Source of the DNA: the human T2T-CHM13v2.0 reference genome, Homo sapiens
Assembly (NCBI RefSeq): GCF_009914755.1
Contig: NC_060941.1
Direction: 5' to 3' (one strand)
DNA: 64,000 bases
How positions within the stretch are numbered: position 1 is the first letter of the stretch; the number at the start of each line of letters is the position of its first letter. The notes beneath the pieces were generated by a model that did no database searches, was not told the origin of the DNA, and saw nothing but the letters and a program-made list of their open reading frames with translations. A program made the translations under genes and the position numbers. Of this stretch, positions 1 to 51,418 are shown piece after piece.

Positions 1-1019
1 GCAGCCGACTGGAGGCCAGTGTGCAGTCCTCGGTGGCCCCGCTGACACCGCATCCCGCTTACTGTCCCTTCCCCAGGAACATCCTAAACTCATGCTGCCT
101 CCTGTGATGAGAGCTGATGGGAAGCCTGGCAGAGCGGCCCCAGGCAGGCTCTGTGTGGGGCCAGGGTGCCCTGACCATGCACGCGGGTGGGGACAGGCCG
201 TGTTCAGCCCCCAGCGGAGCACTTGGGGCTATGGGCCTGGACCAGCAACTTAGACTTGGTCATGCTCCATCTCTTACCAGCCCCATGGCGGGCCCACGAC
301 CGACCTTGGGAGCATGATGGCACTACGTCACATGAGTCTGAAGCCCCAGGTAGGGGAGGTGCCACTGCAGGCAGTGCCAGGATGGGGCACTTGGTCTGAG
401 GAGGTCTAGGTCAAGACCCCCTCCCTGGCCCCCAGCTGCCTCCGCCTGGGCTGGTAACCACAGCACTTCCTTTGCCAAGAGGAAAGAGCCCTCAGCCCGG
501 TTCCCGGCTGGCCTTGGCCCACGCGGTCTGGCCCTGGCTGGAGCCCAGGCTACACTCGGCTCCCAGGCAGCTGAGGCACAGGCTCTGTCTGGGGTTGGCC
601 ACTGGTCGGCGGGGGGGCTGGGGAGGTGGCAGCCTGGTCTGCCCACGGCTCTGCTGGCCAGTCACGGTGCCATCCCCAAACACCGGGAGGCGGGGGTGAC
701 AGTAGAGGCGTGATGCTCTGTCCTGGGGTTTCCCGGGCTCCTCGGGAGCTGAGTGGGATAGGGAGGGCCTCAGGTGGCCGGCAGTCCCGTCCCCCACACT
801 CGCAGGGGTCACCACAGTAGTGACCACCTGGCAGGGCCTGCAGAATCTGCTTCCAAGTTTCAAGCCAAGGCCAGGACAGTGGGGGAGAAATCCACGCCTT
901 TAGAGTAAGCATCTGAGAGCCCCCAGCCGTGTGCAGGGCCCCTGCTCACGGGGCAAGGGGGATGCCGGGCAGAGGCTCTTCCCCTGCCTGGTCCCGTCTC
1001 CGAGGTGCTGGCCTGCTGA

Positions 1020-1580
<561 letters not shown>

Positions 1581-3757
1581 TCTCTCTTGTGCTTTATTAC
1601 CTGAGCTTATTATGGTGAAAATACAAAGACATAATGTTTGTATGACAAGGAGACAGCAATCCAGGTGGCCCGTTTCCAGAATGAAAGGGAAAAAGAAGTG
1701 AAAGAGATCCCCAGATCAGCAGCCCTGCCTGACTCTGGGCACAGACAGCACTTTGGGACCCCCAGCTTGGTGAGGCTGGTCAGGTGCAGGGAGGGGCTAG
1801 GCTAGAGCCCCCATCCCCTTCCCTCTCATTCCCCAGACTGTGGGGCCGGGGACCCTTCCTCAGTGGGCTCAGATAAGGCAGCACAGCAGGGTCCCCCAAG
1901 TCCGGAGACAGGCTGGTTGCCCACTGAGGGCCCCGTGGGACACCGGGGAGTGTCCTGCCCCCACCTGATGTGGTGTGGGAGAGCTCAAGGTACAGGGTTC
2001 TCAGGCCAGGATCCTGGAGAAATCCCTTCTCCAGACCCAACTTTTGGACTTAGTTGCTTCCCACCATCCCGAGGAGGAAAAGGCGGGAGGGACTTCCCCA
2101 GGAGGGTGTGGGGGTGGGAAGGCCTGGGGGACTCGAGGCGGGCCTGGGCGAGGCAGCGGCAAGCTTCCAACTCCGAGGGGAGCCCACACTCACCCCACAG
2201 GCATGCCCCAGTGTCCCCAAGCAGGGGAAGCCAGCACTTCCCTTCCCAACCCAGAGTCCCCTCCCTGGCTGCCGGGCCTGTGGTCTGGCCCCGGCCCATG
2301 GCAGTCCCAGCCTTGTGGTCCGGGAAGCCCCTGGCTCGCGGGCACCTTCACCCCCTGCCCTGGGCCTGGGCCTGGCCCTGCTCCACAGTCCCTTGGGCCG
2401 GCTCTTCCTCTCCACCCGCCCACCCGCCGCAGAGGCCAGCTCACAGCCCACGTCCCCCACCAGCACTCACAGACCCCTCCTCTGCTGCCATGACTGGGAG
2501 AGGCCCCTTGAGTCCACATGGCTGCGTTCGCACACGAGAGGGGAAGGGGCCTTGGGGGCCCTGGGCTGGGAACTGGCTCAGCACAGCAGGAGCCTGCCAG
2601 GGCCGTGCAGGGCAGCCCCCGCCGCCCCCCTTGCCCCACCGCCTCTGCTGAGTCACCTCATGTCTGGGAAGTTCCCAGGGCCAAGCCAGGCTGGATGAGG
2701 CATCAGAAATTCACAAATTCCCCCTGCCTCCCGGGCAGGGGAATGGCTGTCCTGACTCACCTCGGGCTGGGCCCCCGCAGACCCCACTATCCCCACGCTC
2801 AGCCTCATACCCCTCTTTCCCGAGGGGGCAGGCCCCCCGCCCCAGGTTCCTGGAATGGTCCCAGGCCAGGCTTGCTGCCCGTGGGATGGAGACGACAAGG
2901 TGCCAGGGTGCCTGGCTGGAGTGGGGGCCGCTCAGTGACAGCCTCAGACCACCCACGGAGCAGCAGGGCCACCGTGTGCAGAAATCTGTGTGTGCTGTGT
3001 CCTCCGTGTGCAGGAGCCGATAGTCATGGCAACTCTGGGAGGCTCCCTCGGGCTGGCCTTGGCCACTGGACTTGGGCAGAGGTGGGCACAGCTGAGGGGC
3101 CACAGGCAAGCATGCAGGCGGGCCGATGGTCCGGGAGAGCTGGGCTGGGCGGGGCCTGGGGCGCTGGGGGCTCACCATTTCCCACACTCAGGCTGCCAGG
3201 AGAAGTGCGGGGTATCCTGGCGGTGCCCAGGAAGGAGCCTCTCGCGGCCTCCACCTGACCCAGAGGTGAGCGCCATCCGCAGCTCTGTGCCAGCCCAGTC
3301 GGGGCCCAGCCCCAGGAATCCTGAAGGGATTTTAGAAGCAGATCCGTCCTCAGCGCCACCCTTCCTTCCTCTGTCCCCCGCCCTCAGTCTTCCCCCTGGC
3401 TCAGTTTCTCCCTCTGCTCGCCTGAGACTGGGGCACTCCTGTCTGACAAGTCAGTTTATTGGGCCTGGGTAGAGGGATGAAGACCCCACTCAGGAGAGAG
3501 AACAGCTCCTCCCAGTGCTGCCTGGAGGGGCCGAGACTGTGGGGCCCGTGGAGCTGACACAGGGCCTATGGCTGGGGCCCCGCTGACCCTGGTGCCTCAT
3601 GTATCACCTTGACCTTTTTGGCAAGTTCGCCAGTGTGTGAGAGGCCTTGGAGCTGCCCACAGCTGTGGGCTGGGAGAGTCAGGGTGCTCTCCCTGTGAAG
3701 AGGAGGCCCATCCACAGACCCTGAAAGTTGATTGGGCACAGTACCCAGCACCCACCT

Positions 3758-6700
3758 GGGTGGTAGTGGTGGTGACAGTGATGGTGGTGGTGGCGAGTGA
3801 TGTGGTTATTGATGATGATTGGTGATTGATGATGATATGGTTGTTGTGGTTGGTGATGGTGGTGGTGGTGTGGTTGTTGTTGAATGTGGTTGGTAATGGT
3901 GGTGGATGATGTGGTTGGTGGTAATGGTAGTGGTGATGTGGTTGGGGGCATGGTGGTGGAGGTGATGTGGTTGGTGATGATAATGTGGTTGGTGTTGTGT
4001 GGTGGTGGTGATGGTGATGTAGTTGGGGTGGTGTTGATGTGGTTGGTGGTGGTGGGTGATGTGGTTTGTGGTGATAGTGCTGGGTGATATGGTTGGTGAT
4101 GATGATGTGGTTGGTGACAGGTGATGTGGTTGGTGGTGATGATGATGGTAGGTGATGTGGTAGTAATGTGGTTGGTGGTGATGTGGTTGGTGTGATGTGG
4201 TTGGTGCTGATAGTGGTGGGTGATGTGGTTGGCATGATGTGGTTGGTGTGATGTGGTTGGTGGTGATAGTGATGGGTGATGTGGTTGGTGATGATGTGGT
4301 TGGGGGTGATAGTGGTGGGTGATGTGGTTGGTGGTGATGTGGTTGGTGGGTGATGTGGTTGGTGGTGATAGTGGTGGGTGATGTGGTTGGGGGTGATAGT
4401 GGTGGGTGATGTGGTTGGGGGTGATGGTGGGTGTTGTGGTTGGTGGTGATAGTGGTGGGTGATGTGGTTGGTGATGATGGTGGGTGATGTGGTTGGGGGT
4501 GATGTGGTTGGTGGTGATGTGGTTGGGGGTGATAGTGGTGATGATGTGGTTGGGGGTGATAGTGGTGGGTGTGTAGTTGGGGGTGATAGTGGTGGGTGAT
4601 GTGGTTGGGGGTGATAGTGGTGGGTGATGTGGTTGGTGGTGATAGTGGTGGGTGATGTGGTTGGTGGTGTGGTTGGTGGTGATAGTGGTGGGTGATGTGG
4701 TTGGTGGGTGATGTGGTTGGTGGTGATGTGGTTGGGGGTGATAGTGGTGGGTGATGTGGTTGGTGTGATGTGGTTGGTGGGTGATGTGGTTGGGGGTGAT
4801 AGTGGTGGGTGATGTGGTTGGTGTGATGTGGTTGGTGGGTGATGTGGTTGGTGGTGATGTGGTTGGGGGTGATAGTGGTGGGTGATGTGGTTGGGGGTGA
4901 TAGTGGTGGGTGATGTGGTTGGTGGTTATGTGGTTGGTGGTGATGTGGTTGGTGGTGATGGTGGGTGATGTGGTTGGTGGCGATGTGGTTGGTGGTGATA
5001 GTGGTGGGTGATGTGGTTGGTGGTGATGTGGTTGGTGTGATGTGGTTGGTGGTGATGTGGTTGGTGATGATGTGGTTGAGGGTGATGGTGGGTCGTGGTG
5101 GTGGTGGGTAATGTGGTTGGTGATTTGGTGATGATGTGGTTGGTGGTGGTGGTGGGTGATGTGGTTGGTGGTGATGTGGTTGGTGGGTGATGTCATTGGT
5201 GATGTGGTTGGTGCATGATGTGATTGGTGATGTGGTTGGTGGTGATGTGGTTGGTGGTGATAGTGGTGGGTGTGGTTGGTGATGATGTGGTTGGGGGTGA
5301 TGGTGGGTGATGTGGTTGGTGGTGATGTGGCTCGTGGTGGTGGTGGTGGGTGATGTGGTTGGTGGTGATGTGGTTGGTGGTGATAATTGTGGGTGATGTG
5401 GTTGGGGGTGATAGTGGTGGGTGATGTGGTTGGGGGTGATAGTGGTGGGTGATGTGGTTGGCGGTGATAGTGGCGGGTGATGTGGTTGGGGGTGATACTG
5501 GTGGGTGATGTGGTTGGTGGTGATGTGGCTGGTGGTGGTGGTTGTGGGTGATGCGGTTGGTGGTGATGTGGTTGGTGGTGATAGTGGTGGGTGATGTGGT
5601 TGGTGGTGATAGTGGTTGGTGGTGATAGTGGTGGGTGATGTGGTTGGGGGTGATAGTGGTGGGTGATGTGGTTGGTGTGATGTGGTTGGTGGTGATAGTG
5701 ATGGGTGATGTGGTTGGGGGTGATGGTGGGTGATGTGGTTGGGGGTGATAGTGGTGGGTGATGTGGTTGGTGGTAATGTGGTTGGTGGTGATGTGGTTGG
5801 TGGTTATGTGGTTGGTGATGTGGTTGGTGGTGATAGTGGTGGGTGATGTGGTTGGTGGTGATAGTGGTGGGTGATGTGGTTGGTGGTGATGTGGTTGGTG
5901 GTGATAGTGGTGGGTGATGTGGTTGGGGGTGATAGTGGTGGGTGATGTGGTTGGTGGTGATGTGGTTGGTGATGATGTGGTTGGTGGTGATAGTGGTGGG
6001 TGATGTGGTTGGTGGTGATAGTCGTGGGTGATGTGGTTGGGGGTGATAGTGGTGGGTGATGTGGTTGGGGGTGATAGTGGTGGGTGATGTGGTTGGTGGT
6101 GATAGTCGTGGGTGATGTGGTTGGGGGTGATAGTGGTGGGTGATGTGGTTGGGGGTGATAGTGGTGGGTGATGTGGTTGGTGGTGATGTGGTTGGTGGTG
6201 ATAGTGGTGGGTGATGTGGTTGGGGGTGATAGTGGTGGGTAATGTGGTTGGTGGTGATGTGGTTGGTGATGATGTGGTTGGTGGTGATAGTGGTGGGTGA
6301 TGTGGTTGGTGGTAATAGTCGTGGGTGATGTGGTTGGGGGTGATTGTGGTGGGTGATGTGGTTGGGGGTGATAGTGGTGGGTGATGTGGTTGGTGGTGAT
6401 AGTCGTGGGTGATGTGGTTGGGGGTGATAGTGGTGGGTGATGTGGTTGGTGGTGATAGTCGTGGGTGATGTGGTTGGGGTGATAGTGGTGGGTGATGTGG
6501 TTGGTGGTGATAGTGGTGGGTGATGTGCTTGGGGGTGATAGTGGTGGGTGATGTGGTTGGTGTGATGTGGTTGGTGGTGATAGTGGTGGGTGATGTGGTT
6601 GGGGGTGATAGTGGTGGGTGATGTGGTTGGGGGTGATAGTGGTGGGTGATGTGGTTGGTGGTAATGTGGTTGGTGGTGATGTGGTTGGTGTGATGTGGTT

Positions 6701-7525
6701 GGTGGTTATGTGGTTGGTGATGTGGTTGGTGGTGATAGTGGTGGGTGATGTGGTTGGTGGTGATGTGGTTGGTGGTGATAGTGGTGGGTGATGTGGTTGG
6801 TGGTGATGTGGTTGGTGGTGATAGTGGTGGGTGATGTGGTTGGGGGTGATAGTGGTGGGTGATGTGGTTGGTGGTGATGTGGTTGGTGATGATGTGGTTG
6901 GTGGTGATAGTGGTGGGTGATGTGGTTGGTGGTGATAGTCGTGGGTGATGTGGTTGGGGGTGATAGTGGTGGGTGATGTGGTTGGGGGTGATAGTGGTGG
7001 GTGATGTGGTTGGTGGTGATAGTCGTGGGTGATGTGGTTGGGGGTGATAGTGGTGGGTGATGTGGTTGGGGGTGATAGTGGTGGGTGATGTGGTTGGTGG
7101 TGATAGTGGTGGGTGATGTGGTTGGTGGTGATGTGGTTGGTGGTGATAGTGGTGGGTGATGTGGTTGGGGGTGATAGTGGTGGGTAATGTGGTTGGTGGT
7201 GATGTGGTTGGTGATGATGTGGTTGGTGGTGATAGTGGTGGGTGATGTGGTTGGTGGTAATAGTCGTGGGTGATGTGGTTGGGGGTGATTGTGGTGGGTG
7301 ATGTGGTTGGGGGTGATAGTGGTGGGTGATGTGGTTGGTGGTGATAGTCGTGGGTGATGTGGTTGGGGGTGATAGTGGTGGGTGATGTGGTTGGTGGTGA
7401 TAGTCGTGGGTGATGTGGTTGGGGGTGATAGTGGTGGGTGATGTGGTTGGGGGTGATGTGGGTGATGTGGTTGGGGGTGATAGTGGTGGGTGATATGGCT
7501 CGTGGTGGTGGTGGTGGTGATGTGC
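3758..7525. repeat. ~3.75-kb GT-rich complex tandem repeat; 15- and 13-nt modules GATGTGGTTGG(T/G)GGT and GATAGTGGTGGGT
   Basis: Directly visible; + strand almost devoid of C. Confidence 0.97.
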
Positions 7526-7531
7526 TTGTGA

Positions 7532-44826
<37,295 letters not shown>

Positions 44827-47340
44827 GCCGCCCACCGCAGATGCCTCCCACGTGCGCCAGGGACCCTGTGTGCGGAGCCTGGCGTCGGCCAAGCCACCGG
44901 GCAGGAGGCAGCCCCGGCCTCCCAAGGGCGCATCTGAGCAAATATGCAAAAGCCCACAGGGCAAGACCCAGGCTTTCTTACGGTTTTCCCTGGAAAGAGC
45001 GCTCCAGGTGTCGGAATCCAGTCCCGTCCCATCCTCTGCGGAGGGTCGGGCTGTGGCCCTCATGGGTCCCCGGCCCGCCCCACCCACAGCGCCCTCCGTT
45101 TCCCGCACCGGCAGTTCACGGGAGATTTGAATCCAAGCCATATTCCCTAGTACCTCCGACTGTCTCCCACCAGGGAAAGCAGAAATCAGGTGTGTTGTCT
45201 ATTTATTTCTCTATGTAAATATTGTATTTCTGCGGGGAAATTTTATGGTAAAAAGTGGAAAAGGGTTTTTCCCCATCCGCGTGACAAGGTGTGTGTGAGC
45301 GTGTATGTGTGTGCGCGTGTGTGGCGATTTTTGTCCTGGGGTTTCCTTTGGAAATGCACTGTTCTCAGCCCAGCTGGGTTCCAACGGGGGCACCTGGGAC
45401 GACAGAGGCATCTCGGGGCAGGGGGCAGAGGCCACGGGAGGGTCAGGTGGGACCCTTGACGGCACCCTCTGATCTCTTGGGGGGACGACCGTGTAAGATG
45501 AAAGTCGGTCAAGTTTATTTGCTTTCAGTGCATCTCCTAGAAAAGAAGTGTTGGAGCAGGGGGTGGTGATGAGGGGCCCGTGGGGAAAGGATTCAAGAGG
45601 CAAAGCCCAGACCAGGGAGTGTGACAACAGCCGTGAGCATCTCACCTGTGTTCAAAACAAGACAAAGACGAACAAATATTTTAAAGTATTGATAAGAAAA
45701 AGCAATGTTTGGATTGTATCTGCTGAATCATATTCCAACCTATATCTGATTTCTGTTTCCGGGGCCAGTTGGTCTGAGGCCAAGGAGTCTGGCCTCCACC
45801 CAGAGCAGGGAGGGGCTGGCCCCTCACCCCCCTCACCCTCGCCGCCCTGGCACACTCGGGAAGCAGGGCCCAGCTCTGAGCCCCTCCTCACCCCTGGGGT
45901 CCTAACTTTCCTGAAAGTAGTAGGTGCCGTGAGAAGGGGCAGTTTGGCCAGGTTCCTGAACTGGGCAGGGCTCGGGGCCTATGAGGGCAGGTTCACAGTC
46001 CCACCAGATTCTCTCCTCACCCCCAAGCAGAATGCATGCAAAAGACACCCCTTTTCCCACCCACCTTATTGGTGCCCCCAAACCCCTGGCCTGCTGCGTA
46101 GATGGTGGTGAGGCCAGGCCAGCAGTGCTGTGGCCAGGGGAGAAGAAAATAAAACGCAGGCCCTGCCCTTGGGGAAGGCCCCTTCCTGGGCCCCCTTTTC
46201 CACCAGCCAAATCTGCCTGGCCCTCGGACCCCTCTGCCTGCCCCAACCCCTTTGGAGGTTTCTCGGCCTTTTCTGTGCCACTTGGTGGGGCAGATGGCCT
46301 GATGGGCTAGTGCTTGGGGCATAGAATGAGGGTCCCCCTGACCACCTGAGCCCAAATCCTGGCCCCAGGTGCAAGCAGCACCCCTCGAGGGCTCTGCCCC
46401 AGTATCCCCAGAGAATTCACACCCCTCCCCTTCTCCCACAGCCAAGGACAGACAGGCTGCCTGGACCTGAGCCCAACAGCCTTCAGCCTCAGAAACGCAT
46501 GGGGGGCCACACACTCCTTATATCCTCCCACACTAAGGTTCCCCTGGCCCCACGGGAGCTTCAGGAAAGCCCCCCAAGTTAGCCACTGCTCTAGGACGAG
46601 CTCTGTGTCCCCCACACCACAGGCCTCGAAGCAGGGTGCTGGTGGGTGCCCTGCACCCCAATCCCAGGTCCCCTTGGCCCCCTATTTTTCTCGGGCCCAT
46701 TGGGGCCTGTTTCTCACCTGCTGGCTGGACCCCCTGAAGGGCCGTTCCCAGAGGCTCCCCAGGAGGCTCAAGGCTGGGGGCTTATGTTGTGGTCGGGGGT
46801 CCCCGCCTCCAGCCCCCCGCTCCCACCCCCGAGCCTACCCTTTGTCTCGCATGAGTGCAATATTTCATTCCCGGTGGTTGTCTGGGGAGGTGGTTGGACG
46901 AGGTCCTGCTTGAGGCTCGGGGATCAGAACGATGTCAAGTGAAGAAAAATGCACGGGGGCATGCTGAGCCACTGGAGTTCCAGAGAGGGCCGAGGAGGGT
47001 GCAGCCACGGAGGTTGGATCCTCTGCTCCGCCGCCTCGTCCTCGTCCCGCTTCTGCTGGGTTCCGCTTTGTCCCTGGTTTTTTCCTTTTTTTTTCTGTGT
47101 GCGTGCGAATGGTGCGGCCCCTCCCCTCTCACCGTGGTTAACGTGACGAAGGCACGATTCCTGTAAATGTGTAAACTAAGGGGATGGTTGGATTTTTTTT
47201 CAATGTAAACACTAAAAACAAAATGGACAAAAAAACACACAAAGGTTTTATGAACAGCAGACTCTATGTAAAGGCATTTTAGTATCAAATTTTTTATTGA
47301 TAACTTGCTTAAGAATAAATATATGGACTATTGTACAGGT
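44827..47340 (+). other. BAHCC1: BAHCC1 3' UTR (end approximate)
   Basis: Follows the stop codon; AU-rich blocks at ~45200, 45650 and 47160-47330; ends at AATAAA followed by a GT/T-rich element. Confidence 0.8.
47314..47319 (+). terminator. Polyadenylation signal AATAAA
   Basis: Upstream U-rich and TGTA elements; downstream GGTTTTCGGTGGT GU-rich element. Confidence 0.85.
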
Positions 47341-50300
47341 TTTCGGTGGTCCAGGGTCCTGTGTCCCACGGTACTCCTGGGGGTTCCCCAGGGCTCCGGG
47401 GGCTCAGCAGAAGCCTCTCGTTCCCAGAGCTGGGGCTTCTGGGCCAGGCCTCCCCACCGCCCCCTGTGTTGGCCCAAGTGAAGCCCCTCAGGCCAGGAAA
47501 GGGTCATGTGACCGGAATGGGCTCAGAGTGGTCTTAGGGGTGGGGTCCCTCCAGGAGGAGGGCCCCTTTCCTGGTTGCTCTCACAGTCCCTGTCCAGCCT
47601 GAACCAGTCCAGGGCCAGAGTAGGTTCCACTGGAGAGGACGAAGGGCAAGAGCAGTCTCCGAGCCGCCACGCTGGGCAGGGTCTCAGACGTGAATGACCA
47701 TCCTGGGAGGGGCGGCCCACGGCCCGGGTGTGGGAACACAGATGAGTGCACCCCCAGCTGGAGAGAGCCCTGTTCATGAGGCTGCAGACCCAGAGGAAGC
47801 CGGATGCTTGCAGGGGGTGGGGGACCCTCCTTGTTCCCCCTCTGCCGCCGGGATCTTGGGAAGCTGCATGAAGTCGGTGCACATCTGTCCCAGTGGGCCC
47901 TGAGTGCCTGGTCACAGCTGCGTCCAAGGCCAGGAAACATGGTCCTTGGAGGACGGAGTCCCTGAGTCAGCAGTGCCTTCCTGGGCCGGTGAGTGCGGAG
48001 AGAGGTGCTCAGGGACCGGCCGTGCCTCAGGCTGCTGTGAGGGCAGGGAGCAGATGAGGCCCTGGCCGGGCCGAGCGCTGAGTAAGGGGGGCTGCTGGAC
48101 CAGGTTTCTGGGTCAGGGGTCCTCTGTGGCAAGAAAGGAAAGACGGGTGAGGCCAGACACTCCCTGTGGGCTCAGGAGACCCTGACTTCAGTGATCTCAG
48201 TGACTTTTTTCGGGCAGAATCCAGCCCGGAACAGGGAGGAAGGCCTGCGGCTGTTGCCCCGGTTCCTGGAGCCCTGAGCCAGGACTTGCTGCCGCCTCCT
48301 GCCCACTCCAGGAGCTTGCCTGACGGAGCAGGTCGCACGGAGAGGCCACAGGCAGCCGACAGGGACTCTGGGGCAAGAGAGCCGGATGAGGCCCAGGCCG
48401 GAGAGGTGACACCTGCCTGGGAAGCCCACAGGAAACCTCTGCCAGCAGGTCTCAGGTTCAAATCCTCCATTCACCCAGCACTGCCTGGTGCCAGCAGTGT
48501 ACCAAGCAGTGAGCCACAGTGGAAGTGAGCGGCCCACGGCCCCACCTTCATGACAGGCAGATGGGAGAGACCAGAACAGTGGGGCCCAGCAGCTGCACCC
48601 GGGGCCACGCAGCTGAGATAACCTCACCCGTGGAACCCCAAGGTCGGCCACCCCCATCTCAGCCAAAAGTGTGGTATCGGGGCTGAGCCAGGCCTGGTGG
48701 GGCAGCACTGTGGCTCCCCGCCCCCCGCTGCATGTGGCAGCAGGATCAGCGGGGACTTCCGCACCTGGCAAAGCAGACAAAGAACTGACTGTCCCTGGGG
48801 TGGTCCAGGTGGGCTCCCTGGAAGAAGTAACACCTGGGCTGTCTTGGAAAAGCCCAGGGCAGGGCAGGGCAGACAGAGGGTAGTCAAGGAACAGCTGGGG
48901 TGGCCAGCAGGTGGTTAATGGGGGCGGGGGGAGGTAGGGGATTGATGTTAGAGCTAGAGGGTGACAGAGGCCAAATCTCAAGCCCCTGAGAGCAGCATGG
49001 AGCCTGTCTTCTCTCTCTGACAATGGGTGCCCCAAGGGCTCTAAGCAGAGTCTGCAGTCAAATTGAGGCACTGGTTCTGCAGCCTGGGAGTCAGGGTTGA
49101 AGGTCCCAGGCCAGCCAGGCACCTGGGGGTCAGGGTTAGAGGGGCCAGGTCAACTAGACACCTGAGGGCCCAGGCCGGCACAGGTACCTGGGGGGAGGGG
49201 CTGGCACCAAGAGAAAGGCTTTAAGGGTGGCACAGGGCCGGACTAGGGGTCCAGGTGGGGCTGAGGGCCGGAAACGGCCAGAGGGGAGGGGGCCTGGCTG
49301 AAGGGGGTGCCACCAGTGAGCCCAGGAGGCAGGTGACCCGGGCTTAGCGAGTGGGGTTGACGGCAGGCTTAGGTGGGCCCCCGACCTCGAGGGTCTGACC
49401 TCCCCAGGAGCCCTGCAGGGCACACTGCTGAATCTAAGGGCAGGACTCACGCCTGGCTCTGGCCCCGCAACACCGCCGTCCTACTCTCCCCCTCCATCAC
49501 CTCTCTGCCCCTCGTCCTCCCACCTTATCTCAGACAGGGCCATCCTTGCCTTCCAGAACTGCCTGCCCCCAGAACAGGCCCTGGGCAAAGGGCAGGGCGT
49601 TGTGGGAAGGACAGTCAGTGGGGCTGGGCATGCACAGCTGCGGAGCCCCAAGGGTTAAACATGCAAGACTACACTTTGATCAAGACAAACGGGCCATTAT
49701 GTGAAATGCTGGAGCAAGATGAATGCTGGCGCTGGGTGAGTGAGATCAATAAAAGTGATGTTTTATCAGGTAGAAATGACAACCTGGCTGATCGCAATTC
49801 GTTTTTAATACCACAAACCAACTGGGGACCAGGGGGCTTTAATTGTTCGTCCCCGGCCTGGCAAGGTTGCTGGGGGTTGGCGGGGAGTGGGGGAGAGGCA
49901 GCCGCACCGCTCAGCCGCCGCGGGGTCACCGGGCACTGGAGCTGGCCGGACGCCCATGCTGGGTGGGCCCCTCAATGGTCTCCTGAGTCTGTACCAGGCA
50001 GGGTGAGGAGGGAACCGCCTCTGGCCCCTGGGTGCGGGCTAAGAAAACAAGCAGAGGCAGCACCCCAGGGGAATAACTCTGAACGGCCCCATATCCCGCC
50101 AAGCCCCTACCAGGAACCTGGGCCCCTCGGCCTCCACTCTCCCCCCAACAGCCACCCTTTCCCGCTCCCCAGAAGTCCCAGTGAGAAGCCAGCACCTCCC
50201 TCCTTTAAGAGCCAGAGGACCCAGCCTTGAGCTTCCCGTGCCCTCCCTATCGGTGCAGCCTCTGTAACCCGCCTTAGGCTACCTGGAGCCATAATGGTGA

Positions 50301-50953
50301 CGAGGACGCGTCTAGGGGAGCGAGCTTCCCAGGGACGGGCGGGTGGGTTGTTCAAGGCCCAACCACCACTCAGTGCCCACCTGGGACCACAGCACAGCTG
50401 CCAGGGGGACCAGGCCTGCCCCTGCCTCAGGTGGGGAGCTGGGCCGGGCAACGGGTCAGTGGGGTAGAGGTGCGGCCCCGGGGCCAGGCCTGCAGGTGCA
50501 GCCTGACTTTGCAGTGGCTCGGACCTCAGTGTCCGTGTCTGTGAAATACAGACCTTGAGTCTCTTTCCCCACCTATAAGACCAGGATGAGGCTCACAGGT
50601 GGCCCAAGGGATTTCTGGATGGATGCACAGGCAGAGCCCAGTCAGCATGGGGGTCTCAGCCCCTTTCCCTTGGCCTACAACCTCAAGCCCCAGGCCTTGT
50701 GTCCCCACCCACACCCAAGGGAGGCTTGAGAGGCCCAGTTCAGGCAGAAAGAGGAGCAGGGCTGGCCTCCAAGCCTCCGCTCTGTCAGTGTCTCGTCACA
50801 GAGATCAGGTCCGCAGTCAACGCTTTTGGGCCACTTACATCACTTCCGAAGGCCAGACACACTTCCGCTTCCATTCAGCCCCCTGGACTCCTGAGGGCCT
50901 GAGCAAAGGCCTCCCAAAGCAGGAAGAAGCAGCAGACCAAGAGCAGACACTAA

Positions 50954-51418
<465 letters not shown>

